A DNA stretch of 61,613 nt, the filler included, from Hausera hauseri (Eukaryota), in assembly GCA_046269625.1 (NCBI GenBank). It is 12 parts of 12 records of this genome, joined end to end, with 100 filler letters (N's around TTAATTAATTAA, not from the genome) between each part and the next. Parts side by side here need not be neighbours in the genome. Positions count along the whole stretch, not along the records: positions 47,617 to 52,750 come from JBJURY010324939.1; positions 52,851 to 57,254 come from JBJURY010598555.1; positions 57,355 to 61,613 come from JBJURY010671884.1; 9 more parts are not named here. The stretch is one strand, 5' to 3'. Shown in pieces: positions 48,501 through 60,300 of the stretch (its first letter is position 1; the number at the start of each line of letters is the position of its first letter). The notes below the pieces were generated by a model. The model was not told the origin of the DNA and searched no databases. It saw only the letters and a program-made list of their open reading frames with translations. The translations under genes were made by a program, and so were the position numbers.

Positions 48501-48900
48501 ACTTATAATTAATATGTGCTTCAGCTACGCACCAAATCGGGCTTTTGATACCAGCTTTTTCCTTGTATCCTTGCAATTTAATGTTAAGTCTACACTTTAA
48601 ACCAACACTATCATCATCATCGGGTACATGAGACATTTCGCGACCGATAAAATCAAACTATTTCGTTTTCTGCACCGGTAAATCGACAGATTGCTGTTGC
48701 GCTTTCGTTTCGTTCAACTTTAAATATACGTTTAATTGATGTAGAGCATCAGAAAGTTTATCCAGATTTTCACCCGAAAGCCGTTTTACACGATAGCTGT
48801 ACTCCGGTGCACATAGAGACACGGGATCATTCAATGAAATCAGTATGGGAGTTTGCAGAAAATGCATTTCGTACTTGCGAAAAATTCGTTTCGGTAAAAA
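48501..48900 (-). pseudogene. Unknown Maverick protein (possible OB-fold), paralog of 1538-2000
   Basis: ORF 48658-48867 continues in frame past one stop to CRLNIKLQGYKEKAGIKSPIWCV. Confidence 0.5.
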
Positions 48901-48924
48901 TATTTGTGTCTGGCGTGCAACGGT

Positions 48925-49332
48925 GACGTTATTGTCACCGACGATTTATTTCAGGAAGCCGCAAAACAATCGGACTTTAACAACCTGTTCACGAAGATTG
49001 CATGAAACCGTGGCGTAACGGTTATTTTCATTACGCAATATATGTTCCATCAGGCCGGCCAGAATCGAACAAGAAATCTAAAAGTGCACTATTTGGTGTT
49101 GTTTAAAAATCCCCGTGATAAGACTATCATTGGTTATGTTGCACGACAAGCATTTCCTCACAACCGAGCCTACTTGATATATGCATATCATGATGCTACA
49201 AACAAATAGCATGGATATCTGTATACTGACTTTACACAACAGTGTCCCTACTACATGCGTGTACGAACAGACATTTTCAATCAGAAAGGTGGTGCATGTG
49301 TCTATAAACGAATTCGAAAATCGACGACATGA
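48925..49332 (+). pseudogene. A32-like packaging ATPase, N-terminally truncated
   Basis: VIVTDDLFQEA (Walker B), VIFITQ, HYLVLFKNPRDK, ARQAFP, AYHDAT..HGYLY.D, RVRTDIF; no Walker A. Confidence 0.85.
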
Positions 49333-49525
49333 TTATGATAAAAAAATAAAAAATTTCAGAAAAACAATTTTTAAACCTAAACCTGCTACCAAGCGGGTGT
49401 CCGGCGGCAAGAAACGTGTATCAAAACGAAGCGCTGCTACAGTGAAGCGATTAACCAATTCAGTGCTTCGAACAACAAAAGCAGCAGCTAAACGCAAATT
49501 ACCGTCACAGTGGCAACGGTTATAA
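49329..49525 (+). CDS. Small basic protein (Maverick core-like)
   Basis: K/R-rich, contains VSGG, ends QWQRL. Confidence 0.4.
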
Positions 49526-49578
49526 ACAACTACATCTCATCATCATCGTCATCAGCAGTATCAGTACATCCGAGAAAC

Positions 49579-49905
49579 ATGCGACTCAAAGGTAGTCAGT
49601 CATACTTTATTGCTTTGCTCAAGGTACCTACGAGACATAAGTGAAACATGCTACGATCATTCCCTCAGTTTGTAGTAGATGATTTGATGGAAATTTTATA
49701 CAATATCGTTGTGGGCCACGTTGACATTGGTAGTGGAAAGCGGAATTTACTAAAGTATCGAAAACGACTCATTGGCCTTGCCAATATCCGTAGTAAACGA
49801 TTGAAAGGAGAGGTAATATACCAGCAAGACGGTGAAATCCTTGGTGCAATTCTACCGATTGTCATGTCATTACTGGGTGGTCTCATTAGTTCTGCAACAG
49901 CATAA
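49579..49905 (+). pseudogene. Conserved small Maverick protein with amphipathic C-terminus
   Basis: EILYNIVVGHV...LLKYRKRL..LA...QQDGEILGAILPIVMSLLGG, a variant of the QxGGFL..LL family. Confidence 0.6.
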
Positions 49906-50017
49906 TATAAACAACGACGGTAAGTATATGGTGTTTCGGCGATATGGTTGCATAGTTTTCATATTTCTGTCCCAGTTTACCAAATCTTTCATTTACGTTT
50001 CGTTCTAATTGTTGTAA

Positions 50018-51073
50018 TGCAAGCAAAATCGACATCATCGACGACAACACCGATGGGCGACATGTGGTTCGATCCGCGTCATTCCGTCGGCTATACTGGG
50101 GTCAACAAACTAGCAAAGACTATCAAACAGACTCGGCAACAGACCCAACGTTGGCTCGGGCTGCAGTTAGCATACAGCCTAAACAAACCGATGAGAAGGC
50201 GGTTTCCAACTCGTGAATACCGTGCTGCCGGTGTAAATAATGCATGGCAAGTGGATCTGATGGAAATGATTCCGTACGCCAGCATCAACGATGGGTATTG
50301 GTACGTGCTGACATGTGTTGATGTATTCAGTCGTTTTGCACGTGCAATTGCTGTGAAATCTAAATGCGGTAAAGAGATTGCCGACGCTGTTCAGACACTG
50401 ATGCAACAACAACAACAACAACAACCGAAGCATTTACAAACGAATTTGGGTAAGGAATTTTACAACGCCCGCGCTGCAGCGGTCTTGAAACGGTTTGGCG
50501 TAAACCACTACTCGGTGTTTTTCCAATAAAAGGCTACACTCGTTGACCGATTTAATAGAACATTGCGCGATCGCCTAAACAAATTCTTTATGAAGCAAGG
50601 CAACAAACGCTGGGTAGATGTACGGCCGGATATTATTCATGCATACAACCAATCGACACATCGGATTACGATGGATGTAATCAATGATTTGGACATGTGA
50701 ATTTATCAAAACCAAACACGACGACGACTAACTAAACGTCCCAAGTATAAAATCGGTGATTATGTACGTATTTCAAAGCTTAGTTTAAGACTCTTCATTA
50801 AGAATTTCAATCAAAACTGGAGCGATGAGGTTTTCCGAATTTTAGCAATCAACACAAAACAAACACCTGTTGTGTACGTTTAAAAGATGAAAATGGTGAC
50901 GAAATACATGGCAAATTTTGCGAACAGGAACTGCAAGTACTACCGGAAAAACCGGATATGTATAGTATTTAGGAAATTCTATGTTCACGTGGCAAAGATT
51001 CGAATAAACAATATCTCGTCAAGTGGCACGGATACACTACACCGAATTGGATATTTGCATATCAGATTGAGTG
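50018..51073 (+). pseudogene. int: Maverick rve integrase with C-terminal chromodomain
   Basis: WQVDLMEM..YVLTCVDVFSR..LQTNLGKEFYN..VDRFNRTLR..YN..H..YKIGDYVRISK..NWSDEVF..YLVKWHGY. Confidence 0.92.
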
Positions 51074-52038
51074 ATGAGCATTTATTTGATACTTGACAAC
51101 AAAAACAATATTGCTGAACGGTTTACCACGGCGTTGGACCATCCGCTTGACTTACGCCAGGGAGCATGGGAAGTGGCTTTGTTAGAATTCAGGTTTACAT
51201 TTTTACCAATAACAGTACGTGAGAACAGTGGAATATACAATACTCTACTAATACAATCTCCTGCATCTAGTCGTTTGCAAGCGGCAATATTTCCCGGTTT
51301 ATATTTTTCATTTAAACAATTGATTGTTGCAAAAACACAAAAATCCGATTGAATTGCTCAGGCATGGGGTTTTCAATCTGTTAATGTGCGCTCGAAGTGT
51401 CTACAGCTGAGTAGACATAAGATAATTAGTAAAAAATGGAACTTTTCCACTGTGAAAACAACCAATATTACAGCAAACTGGCAAAAGACTGTATTACTCT
51501 TTTACTCTCATACAACAGGAATTGGTTTTCATACGGAAACGGAAACATAATTGTATGCAACCATCAAGGCAGTATCTAAATTGGCTCTCAAGACATCTGA
51601 ATTAAACTCTGATGGTCGTATTTCGTTTACACTACACAATAATGTTACATATTTTGACTTCGATGAACTATTGGCGCGGAATCTGGGTTCTAAAAAACGA
51701 GAATTCGGTCAAACCGGCGGCGAGCGGTCCATTGTTGCCAAACACAAACCACATCTCTACGAAGCATTTCACTGAATCAATATTTATCGAATCTAACCTA
51801 ACCCGTATATGTTGGCGGAGACCGTAAACAACTACTGGCTCCTATTGGACTGGATTCGGACATGTACGAAACACCGCCCGAAACCACTCATATAAATGTC
51901 ATCCGGCCCATGTATTTATCGTTGTCTCACAATGTTGTGCACAGTATTTCCGTGAATATAGTAGACGAATTTTGGAAACCCACTAAATTTCTGTTTGGAG
52001 CCAAGACATATTTTATGCTACATTTTCGTCGTCGATAA
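51071..52038 (+). pseudogene. Maverick penton-like minor capsid protein 1
   Basis: MSIYLIL..FTTAL.HPLDL..AWEVALLEF; C-terminal YVGGD..PMYLSL..ISVNIVDE..MLHFRRR. Confidence 0.75.
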
Positions 52039-52074
52039 TAAACAAACTGCGTCAACACCATTATCATCGAGATC

Positions 52075-52750
52075 ATGAGTATTTATTTGGTGTTGTCGAG
52101 CAACAGTTGTCCGACGATTCGTCCGAACATTTCAACCAGTGAATACGTTTTGGATTGGAACAATCCTTTGGATTTATCTTGACAATGGGAAGTTGCACTG
52201 ACGGAATTTAACTTTCCTTACGCACCGGTGACATTGAAAGGTAGTATGAAAATAGCGTACAACAAGACTGTTACTGAAACCAAAATACATTCTTGTCCTG
52301 TGACACTTACTGACAATGAACTAACAGTTGGAGAATTGCGATTAATACGGCAAAATCGGCGTTTTTATTTTAGACAAAAACTTACATTTATAGCAGATTT
52401 TGAATTTACTGTTTCTTTGAGTCCTCTGAGGTGGGGTAGAAATTTGGATTCGAAAATACAAAGTACAAAGGTCAAAATATTAAAAGTGAATATGTAGTTG
52501 CTTCTAGATTAAGTCCCGTATATTACCAGACAACGGTGAAATTTACCGATACAACAAAAAGGGTGCCAAATCATACGTATTGATTGGAGACCATGTCTAT
52601 TGCGAATCTGTAGCACAGCTCTGTCAACACTTTTCTTCAAATCAAAAGTTTTCGAGTCAGATGCAAATAGGAGCATTAAATTTGAACTGGCTAAGGATAT
52701 TGTCGACATTTTATTGGACAAAACTTTGGCCATGGTATTGGGTTTTGAAA
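52075..52750 (+). pseudogene. Maverick penton-like minor capsid protein 2 (truncated by contig end)
   Basis: MSIYLVLSSNSCP..RPN.STSEYVL..NPLDLS.QWEVALTEFNFP. Confidence 0.75.
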
Positions 52751-52850
52751 NNNNNNNNNNNNNNNNNNNNNNNNNNNNNNNNNNNNNNNNNNNNTTAATT
52801 AATTAANNNNNNNNNNNNNNNNNNNNNNNNNNNNNNNNNNNNNNNNNNNN

Positions 52851-53640
52851 CTGGATAACGCTACCCAACCAACCATCCTTAAAGATTGTAAGGCAAGCTT
52901 AGGAGAACCCATGTTTAGACGTAGTGAAACAGACTGGGTTAATTTGCAAAATGGAGATATTACTGTCGGTCAAAATAAATTAACAGGAACAAATCTTGCG
53001 AAAGGAATTACGGACGACAAATTTCAAGACACCTCGTCGAAAGGCATATGCAGGCCTAAGTAAATCGAAGCCTTCGGACAATTCCTCGCTTTTCCACGAC
53101 AACGAACACATGAATTAAACCGAGCCATGGCCTCGATAGTAGACGATACACGATATCAGGCTAAATGGGAATCCATACTTGGCGTAAACCATTATCAACG
53201 AGTAACCACAGAAATATTTTACAAAATTTGGGGAAGATTTTTGATTTTTGGACAAGCCGCATCCGGATTCTTAACAATATATTTTCTGATACAAGCAGTA
53301 ATAAATGGGTATGAAATATTTACATTGACCAGATTTTCATGTAAAATACTGACTGCAATCATAACGCCCTTTGGAAAGTTCTTAAAAGCATAGGAAGAAA
53401 ATAGATGGAAATTGGACGTAGAACGCCATGTTGGTTATTATAATTGTAAACGAAAAGGAAGGCCTATGTTCTTGTACCAGCGGAAATTTACAAAACCTAA
53501 TACGCGAAAAAATTATTAAGATGATAACGAGCCTAAGAGAGGAGAAGAACTTTCAAGAATAAACAGACATAAGACGTACTCTGTCATTAAAGCATTATTG
53601 CCTATGCCACCTACTACCCTCCAGTCTATGAAGATTGCGA
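52851..53640 (+). pseudogene. env: Chuvirus-like glycoprotein C-terminus, TM and tail, lineage B copy 2
   Basis: Homologous to 46200-46990; IWGRFLIFGQAASGFLTIYFLIQAVINGYEIF. Confidence 0.85.
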
Positions 53641-53650
53641 CAAATGATTA

Positions 53651-56600
53651 ATGAGTTCATATCAAACGGAAATCTATAAAAGGACATTTAATGTAGAAGA
53701 CCCTTATGAAGGAACAAAACGTTACGGAGTCTTACGGAAAATGTGTTACCGACAGTCCAGGGATGATGCCAGGATGTTGTATTTTTTCAGAGAACCTCGA
53801 AATATAGAGACTAAATGGCCTGTCTGGGAAAACTCAAGATTAAGAATCTTCTGAAACATAGAACCGCACACTAACAACAGGGAACCATTAATCAGTACTC
53901 ATGAAGCGGAAGAATTAAACATAGAAAACAATGAATTATACCCAAAGGGAGAGTTAAGGCAACTGGCAGAGAACATAGTATCCTGCCCAGAAATCCGAAT
54001 CAATGGACATAAAATATCGGCGACTAAATGCCCAAAGGTAGAATCAAACTGTTTTTGAAAAGTAATAGAAGGAAGACCTTTCGCCAAAATCGCTATTGAA
54101 AACTGGGAAGTTTATGCATTAATCGATACAGGGTCCGAGGAGTCTTACATTAAAAATGATTCAATACCTCAAACGCTCAAAAGACAATTATACCCACCGT
54201 GTACAAAAGATCCTGGAAGTACAGAAGCTTTTGGCCAAATGTCAAAACATATGTTTAAATGGAACCCGGATATTCAAATAATTGACAGTTTTTCCGTCAT
54301 GAATTTGCAATTGTGGAACAATTAACTGACGACGTAGTTTTAGGGTGTGATCTACTGAAAAGGTTACCAAATATAGCAATCGACTTGCAAACAGGAAAAT
54401 TAATAGAAATTAGACCAAATAAGGGTATAAGAAACGCTAAAGATAGGAAGTTCGCAGAAGTGTGGATACCAGTCGATGAAAATATTCCACCAAGAACAGA
54501 GATAATAATCTATGCTCAAGTTCAACAAGATGACGATCAACCGGTATATTTTAAACCAAAGGAGGCATTAAATCATAATATAACGCTCAGTAACGTACTG
54601 ACAATAATACACTCCGGTCGTATACCAATCAGAATAGCAAACAACGCACCGGAACCCGTAAAGCTCCATGCTTATACTACTCTAGGAGATACGTATAGAG
54701 TGTCGTCGATAACTATTGAAGAAAAGCCTTACAAGTATGCCGAATTTCCACCTCATGTCGAAACTAAATTTTCTCCTAAATCTTATTGTCTATTTTATGA
54801 ACTGTCGTGCCGCTATAAATCAGTTATCGCTAAAGACGACGAGGATATCGGTAGGGCTAAAGCATTAAGATTGACTATTCCGCTTAAGAAAAAGCCCGGT
54901 TCAAACGAAAAAATAGATCTTGAAGATCAAAAGATACCGAAATGGTATCCCCCGCCACATTCACTGAGATCCGCGATAACAAAGGAAGTTGAACAGATGC
55001 TAAGGCCGATATGATTAGGCCCAGCTATAGATCTTGGTATTCACCAATTCTCATGGTTAAGAAGAAAGGTGCCACAGAATATCGATTTTGAATTGACTAC
55101 AGAGCCTTAAATAACCTTATGATAAAAGATTCTTTCCCAGTACTATCAGTAAAAGAGGCTTTAGACAGACTGTCAGGAGCAAAATGGTTCGCCACTCTGG
55201 ATCTACAATCCGGATACAGGCAAGTAGAGATAGAGGATGTGGATCGATATAAAACGGCATTTAAAACACACGATGGAGTGTACGAATTTAACGTCATGCC
55301 ATTCTATATCACTACCGGGCCAGCTGTTTTTACAAGAATGATGAATATGATGCTAATGGAAATGGACCATGCCTTCGCATACTTAGACGACGTTATGATA
55401 GCAAGGACAGAAGAGGAACATTTAAAGGATATTAAACACACATTAATGAAGCTGGAATAAGTCGGATTGAAACTAAATCCGAAGTAATGCAAATGAACTC
55501 AAAACGCAGTATCCTATCTTGGCCACATAGTTGGAGAAAGAGGATCGAGACCAGATAAATCGCTATTAAACAAAATATCAGATTGCATGAAACCACAGAA
55601 CCAAGAAGAGTTAAGGCACTGGCTAGGACTCTGCGGATATTTTGCCGCCTATGTGCTAGATAATTCGAAAATTAATGCACCCATATATCGTCTACCTAAA
55701 AAGTGAATATAATGGAAATGGACGGATGTCTAACAAAAAGCCTTTGACGAGATGAAGGAGAAATTAACAAGCGAATCTGCTTTACGGTACCCAGACTTTA
55801 ACTTACCTTTTATAATCAAGACAGACGCCAGTAAAGAAGGCATTGGATATGAATTAGTGAAGAAAAGGGATGATAAAGAACTAGAACACCCAACTGCTTA
55901 CGGAGGACGTTCCTTGAAGAAGGCTGAAAAAATTATTCCGTCACCGAGCTAGAAACTTTAGCCGTAAAAGAAGAACTTCGACACTTCAAAGTTTACGTAC
56001 ATGGGCAGAAAATTATAATAGTCACTGATAACAAAGCCGTCACGATTTAAAAGCCGAGCAAATAACCCGACATGTAGACTTAACAGATGGATCGAAGTAA
56101 TCTCTAGATACAATATCGAATTCCAGGATAAGCCAGGAAATAAACATGTAGATGCCGATGCACTGTCAAGATTAAAGACCAAAACAAGCGCAATCACGGT
56201 AATGAAGAAAAGTCAACTTGAAGCAATAATAGATCGCCAACTCGGCTTAACGATAGATAAAGCAATTAAAATCTCCACAGAACAAAGAAAGGATAAAGTT
56301 ATTCAGCAGATTATAGAATTTGCTAAAAAGGATATCATACCAAAGGGCCGAAAATTAAAGAAACATTTACACAGACATGGACATAAATACTGAGTCTTAA
56401 ATGACAAGACCAAGGGGATATTTTATATTATGACCGGAAAGGAAGGAAACTGATAGTTATTACAAAAGGTTTACAAACCGAAGTGCTAATGTCGGAATAT
56501 AATTTATATTTAGCAAAACACATGTCCTGGAAGAAAACATTAGAAAGAATATTGAATAAATACTTTTGGCCCAGTATCTATATTGATGTAAAGAATTGGG

Positions 56601-57254
56601 TAAGAGCTTGCGAAGTTTGTGCAACTAAACGAAAGAAAACGAAAAATTACATAGCCGAACTGAAACCAATTAGTGTGCCCGATAGGCCTATGCAAGCCAT
56701 GTCCATGGATATCGTAGGACCTCTTCCCACATCTCGCAAGAACAATAAGTATATCTTAACTTGTATTAATCGATTAACTCATTTTGTTAAATTGATAGCG
56801 TTAATTGATCATAAGGCAGAGACCTTGGCCGAAGCGGTAGTAAGAAGGATCATTTGTCGATATGCACCACCGGACCAAATATTAACGGACCGAGGAAGGA
56901 ATTTTACCAGTGAACTCTTCGAGAAGATTACCAGGATATTTTAAATCTAACGATTAACAACTACCGCGTATCACCCTCAGTGTAATGAAATGGTTGAACT
57001 AATGAATGCAACTGTCATACGCATATTATGAACAGTAGTAGCTAAGGACCAAAAAGATTGGGATGAATTTTTAAAAGGAACTCAATTTGCTATTAATACC
57101 ATCCCACATCTAGCAACAGTATTTACGCCATTTTTCATGACTTATGGACGTGAAGCTCTGTTACCCACAGATTTAGGAATGACGCCATACACGGTCAATC
57201 CCGAAGATTTAGAACAAAATTTTGCAGAAGTACTGCAGACGCGATTACAAAAAT
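53651..57254 (+). pseudogene. pol: Linker plus Ty3/Gypsy pol (PR, dUTPase-like spacer, RT, RH, IN), lineage B copy 2
   Basis: ALIDTGSEESYI at ~54117; LDLQSGY, YLDD; TDASKEGIG; HHCC; TAYHPQCN. Confidence 0.93.
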
Positions 57255-57354
57255 NNNNNNNNNNNNNNNNNNNNNNNNNNNNNNNNNNNNNNNNNNNNTT
57301 AATTAATTAANNNNNNNNNNNNNNNNNNNNNNNNNNNNNNNNNNNNNNNNNNNN

Positions 57355-60300
57355 ATGGTGTGGTCTTTCATGGTGTGGTCTTTCATAGTATAGTATTCCA
57401 TGGTGTGGTCTTCCATTGTGTGGTCTTTCATAGTGTGGTCTTTCATAATATGTTCCTGCATGGTATGGCCTTCGTTGTCGGGTTCTTCCGTGGTGCGGAC
57501 TTCCATGGTGTGGGCTTCCATGTGGTGGTCTTACATGGTGTGGTCTTTCATGGCGTGGATTTTATTTGTGTGGTATTCCATGGTGTGGTCTTCCATGATA
57601 TGGTCTTTCATGGTGTGGTTTTTCATGCTGTGGTCCTCCATGGTATGCTCTTCCTTGACGTGGTATTAAATGGTGTGGCCTTCCATGGTGTGGTCTTTCG
57701 TGGTGTAGACTTTTATAATATGATCTTCCATGGTGTGGTCTTCCTTGTCGTTGTCTTCCATGGTGTGGCCTTCCATGGTGTGGTCTTTCATTGTGTGGTA
57801 TTCTATGGTGTGGACTTCCATGGCCTTGTTTTCCATGGTGTGGTCTTCTATGGTGTGTTTTTGATGCTGTGGTCTTTCATGGTGTGGTTTTCCTTGGTGT
57901 GGTCTTTTATGGTATGATCTTCCATGGTGTGGTCTTCCTTGTCGTTGTCCTTCATGGTGTGGTCTTTCATGGCGTGGTCTTTATTTGTGTGGTCTTGCAT
58001 GGTGTTGTCTTGCATGGTGTGGTCTTTCATGGTGTGGTCTTTCATGGTATCGTCTTCCATGCATTGTTCTTATATGGTGTGGTCTTTCATTATGTGGTCT
58101 TCTATGGTGTGGTCTTCCATGGTGTGGTCTCTCATGGTGTGGTCTTCCATGGTGTGGTATTCTATGGTGTGGTCTTCAATGTCGTGGTCTTCGAAGGTGT
58201 GGTTTTTGATGTTGTGTGTTTTCATGGTGTTGTCTTCCATGCTGTGGTCTCTTATGGTGTGGTCCTTCATCGTGTGGTCTTCCATGTCGTGTTTTTCGGT
58301 GTTTTTGACTTTCGTGTAGTGGCATTTCATGGTGTGGTCTTTCATAATTTTGTCTTTTATGGTGTGGTCTTTCATGGCGTTGTCTTCAATCATGTGAACT
58401 GCCATGTTGTCTTCTTCGATGGGGTAATCTTTGGTGGTGTGTCCTTGCATGCTGTGGTCTTCCATGTTGTGGTCTTCCATGGTGTGGTCTATCATGGTGT
58501 GGTCTTTCATGGTAGTGTCTTCCATGGTATATTCTTCCATGTTCCAGTGCTGCTTGTCGTGGTCATCCATGGTGTGGTCTTTCATGGTGTGGTCTTTCAT
58601 TGTGTGGTCTTCCATGGTGTGGTCTTCCATGGAATGGTCTTTCATGGTGTGGTCTTCCATGGTATGGTCTTACATATTATGGTCTTACATGGTGTGGTCT
58701 ATCATGGTGTGGTCTTCCATGGTGTAGTCTCTCATGGTGTGGTCTTCCATGGTAGTGTCTTCCATGGTATAGTCTTCCATGCTCCAGTGCTGCTTGTCGT
58801 GGTCATCCATGGTGTGGTCATCCATAGTGTGGTCTTTCATTGTGTGGTTTTCCATGGTGTGGTCTTCCATGGTGTGGTCTATCATGGTGTGGTCTTTCAT
58901 GGTATAGTTTTCCATGGTATAGTCTTCCATGCTGTAGTGCTGCTTGTCGTGGTCATCCATAATGTGGTCTTTCATGGTGTGGTCTTTCATGGTATGATCT
59001 TGGATGGTGTGGTCTTCCTTTTCGTGTTCTTCCATGCTGTGGTCTTCGGTAATGTGGCCTTTCATGGTGTGGTCTTTCATAGTATGGTCTTCCATTGTGT
59101 GGTCTTCCTTGTCGTGGTCTTAAATGATGTGGTCTTCCTTGTCGTTTTCTTTCATATTATGATCTTTTATAAGGTGGACTTCTATTGTGTGGTCTTCCAT
59201 GTCTTGGTCTTCCATGTTGTGGTCTTACGTCGTGTGGTCTTCCATGTCGTGGTCTTACATGTTGCGGCAAGTCATGTTGTGGTCTTTCATGGTGTGGTCT
59301 TTCATGGTGTGGTCTTTCATAGTATAGTATTCCATGGTGTGGTCTTCCATTGTGTGGTCTTTCATGGTGTGGTCTTTCATAATATGTTCCTGCATGGTAT
59401 AGCCTTCGTTGTCGGGGTCTTCCGTGGTGTGGACTTCCATGGTGTGGGCTTCCATGTCGTGGTCTTATATGGTGTGTTCTTTCATGGTGTGGTCTTTCAT
59501 GGTGTGGTCTTTAATTGTGTGGTCTTCCATGGTGTGGTCTTCCATGGTGTGGTCTCTCATGGTGTGGTCTTCTATGGTGTGGTATTCCATTGTGTGTTCT
59601 ACCATGTCGTGGTCTTCGAATGTGTGGTATTTGATGTTGTGTCCTTTCATGGTGTGGTTTTTCATGGCGTTGTCTCCCATGCTGTGGTATCTTATGGTGT
59701 GGTCCTTCTTTGTGTGGTCTTCCATGTTGTGGTCTTCGGTGTTACTGACTTTCGTGTAGTGGCATTTCATGGTGTGGTGTTTCATAATTTTGTCTTTCAT
59801 GGTGTGGTCTTTTATAGCGTGGTCTTCAATTATGTGAACTGCCATGTTGTCTTCTTCGATGGGGTGGTCTTTCATGGTGTGTTCTTCCATGCTGTGGTCT
59901 TTCATGGTGTGGTCTTTCGTGGTGTGGTCTTTAATGGTATGATCTTCCATGGCGTGGTCTTCCTTGCCGTTGTCTTCCATGGTGTGGCCTTCCATGGTGT
60001 GGTATTTCGTGGTGTGGACTTTTATCGTATGATCTTCGATGGTGCGGTCTTCCTTGTCGTGTTCTTCCATGGTGTGGTCTTCCGTAGTGTGGCCTTTCAT
60101 GGTGTGGTCTTTCATGATATGGTCTTCTATGGTGTGGTCTTCCTTGTCTTCATTTTCCATGGTGTTGTCTTCCATGGTGTGGCCTTTCATGGTGTGGTCT
60201 TTCATAGTATGGTCTTCCATTGTGTGGTCTTCCTTGTCGTTTTCTTTCATATTATGATCTTTCATAGGGTGGACTTCTATTGTGTGGTCTTCCATGTCTT

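Larger units (their letters stand above)
47617..52750. mobile_element. Decayed Maverick/Polinton fragment
   Basis: dUTPase, packaging ATPase, integrase with chromodomain, two penton-like genes. Confidence 0.9.
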
